Position numbers and translations under genes: made by a program. A DNA stretch of 64,000 nucleotides, taken from NCBI GenBank assembly GCA_964537475.1, contig CAZIBY010000001.1:476938-540937 (forward strand). The letters run 5' to 3'. The stretch comes from an uncultured Chitinophagaceae bacterium. Its GTDB lineage: Bacteria; Bacteroidota; Bacteroidia; Chitinophagales; LD1. Below are positions 62,334 through 64,000 of this stretch, in pieces (positions within the stretch are counted from its first letter, which is position 1; the number at the start of each line of letters is the position of its first letter). The notes under the pieces were generated by a model, which had not been told where the DNA came from, searched no databases, and saw only the letters and a list, made by a program, of their open reading frames with translations.

Positions 62334-64000
62334 TTACTGCTTAATCAGTTTTGTCACCTGTCGTTTGTCGTCTATCGTCACCCGCATTGTATAAATACCA
62401 GCCGGAAGCTTATTGATACTTAACACATTTTGCGAGGTTCCCTTATTCATAGAGTTCAGTTGGTCGGACATTAGGATTTGCCCTGCCATATCCAGCACTT
62501 CTATCAAGGCTGTTTTGCCTCCCTGATAATTGGTGATTTCCACTACTACATTACCTGTGGTAGGATTAGGGTATGCCCTGATTCTGGAATTGGCTCCTAT
62601 ATCGCCGAATGTATCTGGCACACAAACTGTGGCGCTGCATTTGGTCTCCCCAGTAGGAAGATCAATTCTATAGGATATATCCGCACATACCGTCGTGATG
62701 GCATCTGAAGTAGTATAGCTCATGAATACACCTGTTTCCGGACGTGTGCTGGAGCTATGGTCGGTAGTTACGATCCACGTGACGTCCAGGATATTTACGA
62801 ATCCGGCTGAATGCACGATGTCATAATTGTGTGTATCTCCGTCTGCACCTTTCTCTATGGCAAACTGTGTGATGCTACAAGGACTCACAGATACATTCAT
62901 ACATATAGTATCTACGCAGCAGCAGACACCCAGGCTATCATAGGTGATGGAGTCACCCTTACTCCAAATCACTACCGCGCAGACAGTATAGTCACTATCT
63001 GATGTATAGGTATGAGTCACTGTCTGATCATAACCTATAGATGTGGTACCATCTCCATAGTTCCATATCACTACAGGAGCCGGAGAGTTATTGCCCATGT
63101 AAGTAAAAGTGACGTGCCGGTAATCAGAGGAATCTAAACTATATGACAGGCTATCAGTAGCTCTCCATATCGCGCAGGAATCTATATTGACGACTTTGCA
63201 TTGCCTGTCATAGCAGCAGATACTATTACTGTCACGACCTGCATTGAATAGTATGTGAGCTGCATCCATACAGATCACGTGGTGCCCGCCCGTCAGTGTC
63301 TGTGTCAATTGGCCTCCATCGGTGGTCTGACCTACCAGCACACCATCTACATACCAATTGATAAAGTCAGGGCCCGGTCCAGAGATATCTCCACCACCGC
63401 TGTTAGTAAAGTCGTATATGAAGCCGTCAACATGAGTAACTATTGGAAGTCTCTGTCCCCTGAATGCTTCGCAGCCACAGTTCTTCACAAATGCGTCAGC
63501 ACATATAGTATCCGTGCAGGTGTTTGGCACTGAGTCCGGATTGTCACTGTAGTATATCAGGCACAGATGATGCCATCCCAGATCCCATCCGCCCGGACTG
63601 ATAGGTATCCCCCCGAATGCCTGATTGAATTCAGCAGTGTACAGAAGTTCGTGACCATCTACATCCGGATTAGATCCGTTGTCTACTATAAACCTGAAAT
63701 ATGGCGCGCCTCCTATGAGCAGTGTATCTACAGTTCCGGCACATATAGTATCCGGCAATCCGCCTAAAATACCGTCAGGCTTCGTACAGCAGTTTTTGAT
63801 ATAGACAGTCCGGCAGATCGTGGTGTCACATTGTCTCAGGGTATCATTGGTCGCTATCAGGCATAACTGAAAAGTCTGACCTATTGTAGATGGATCATCC
63901 AGTGGTTCTCCTGAGTATAGTGGCAGGGATTTCCACCTGCTAGCCGGATCAGGAGTATCAAAGTACACCTTGCCCCAGTCTGCTCCTGTAGCGTAGATCC
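62334..64000 (-). CDS. T9SS type-A sorting-domain surface protein, 5' end outside the window
   Basis: C-terminal IRAYPNPTTGNVVVEI...LPAGIYTMRVTI is a Por secretion tail. The frame stays open from the track's GTG (63968) to position 64000 (...IYATGADWGKVYFD...). Confidence 0.8.
   Translation of the reverse strand, partial: IYATGADWGKVYFDTPDPASRWKSLPLYSGEPLDDPSTIGQTFQLCLIATNDTLRQCDTTICRTVYIKNCCTKPDGILGGLPDTICAGTVDTLLIGGAPYFRFIVDNGSNPDVDGHELLYTAEFNQAFGGIPISPGGWDLGWHHLCLIYYSDNPDSVPNTCTDTICADAFVKNCGCEAFRGQRLPIVTHVDGFIYDFTNSGGGDISGPGPDFINWYVDGVLVGQTTDGGQLTQTLTGGHHVICMDAAHILFNAGRDSNSICCYDRQCKVVNIDSCAIWRATDSLSYSLDSSDYRHVTFTYMGNNSPAPVVIWNYGDGTTSIGYDQTVTHTYTSDSDYTVCAVVIWSKGDSITYDSLGVCCCVDTICMNVSVSPCSITQFAIEKGADGDTHNYDIVHSAGFVNILDVTWIVTTDHSSSTRPETGVFMSYTTSDAITTVCADISYRIDLPTGETKCSATVCVPDTFGDIGANSRIRAYPNPTTGNVVVEITNYQGGKTALIEVLDMAGQILMSDQLNSMNKGTSQNVLSINKLPAGIYTMRVTIDDKRQVTKLIKQ

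Overview
This 64-kb chromosomal window looks like a Bacteroidota genome, judging by T9SS sorting domains, PorP/SprF partners, CHU_C adhesins and a split KdpD. All functional calls come from motifs read by eye in the translations; no database or HMM search was possible.

Contents from left to right:
- **kdp locus (minus strand):** sigma-54 response regulator, a small ORF, kdpF-A-B-C, a porin, the KdpD sensor domain, and a separate histidine kinase that is cut by the window edge and absent from the ORF track.
- **Near tRNA-Cys:** a T9SS-sorted repeat protein and an AT-rich islet next to the tRNA.
- **Housekeeping genes:** aminotransferase, heptose kinase, GAF/PAS sensor with receiver, PhoD and phosphoglucomutase.
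- **Adhesins:** two tandem CHU_C adhesin + PorP/SprF modules, plus a third adhesin with no PorP partner.
- **Small enzymes and repair:** NlpC/P60, a copper-binding four-helix protein, NUDIX, PEBP, and an NHEJ locus with a split LigD and Ku.
- **Remainder:** a secreted-protein cluster, smc, a second AT-rich islet, an IS200-like (RAYT) transposase, VOC proteins, an FAD monooxygenase, DUF1295, a terminase-small-subunit-like gene embedded in repeats, an M42 peptidase and ComEA.

Most interesting observations:
1. An 800-bp toxin/immunity-like cassette bracketed by a perfect 23-bp direct repeat inside a hairpin repeat element.
2. An AT-rich islet fused to the smc 3' end that encodes a PD-(D/E)xK-like protein.
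3. The same hairpin repeat family bracketing a segment that carries the transposase.
4. Four tandem repeat units of 127, 105, 105 and 114 bp that duplicate the 3' end of the TerS-like gene.
5. At least five families of structured intergenic repeats.
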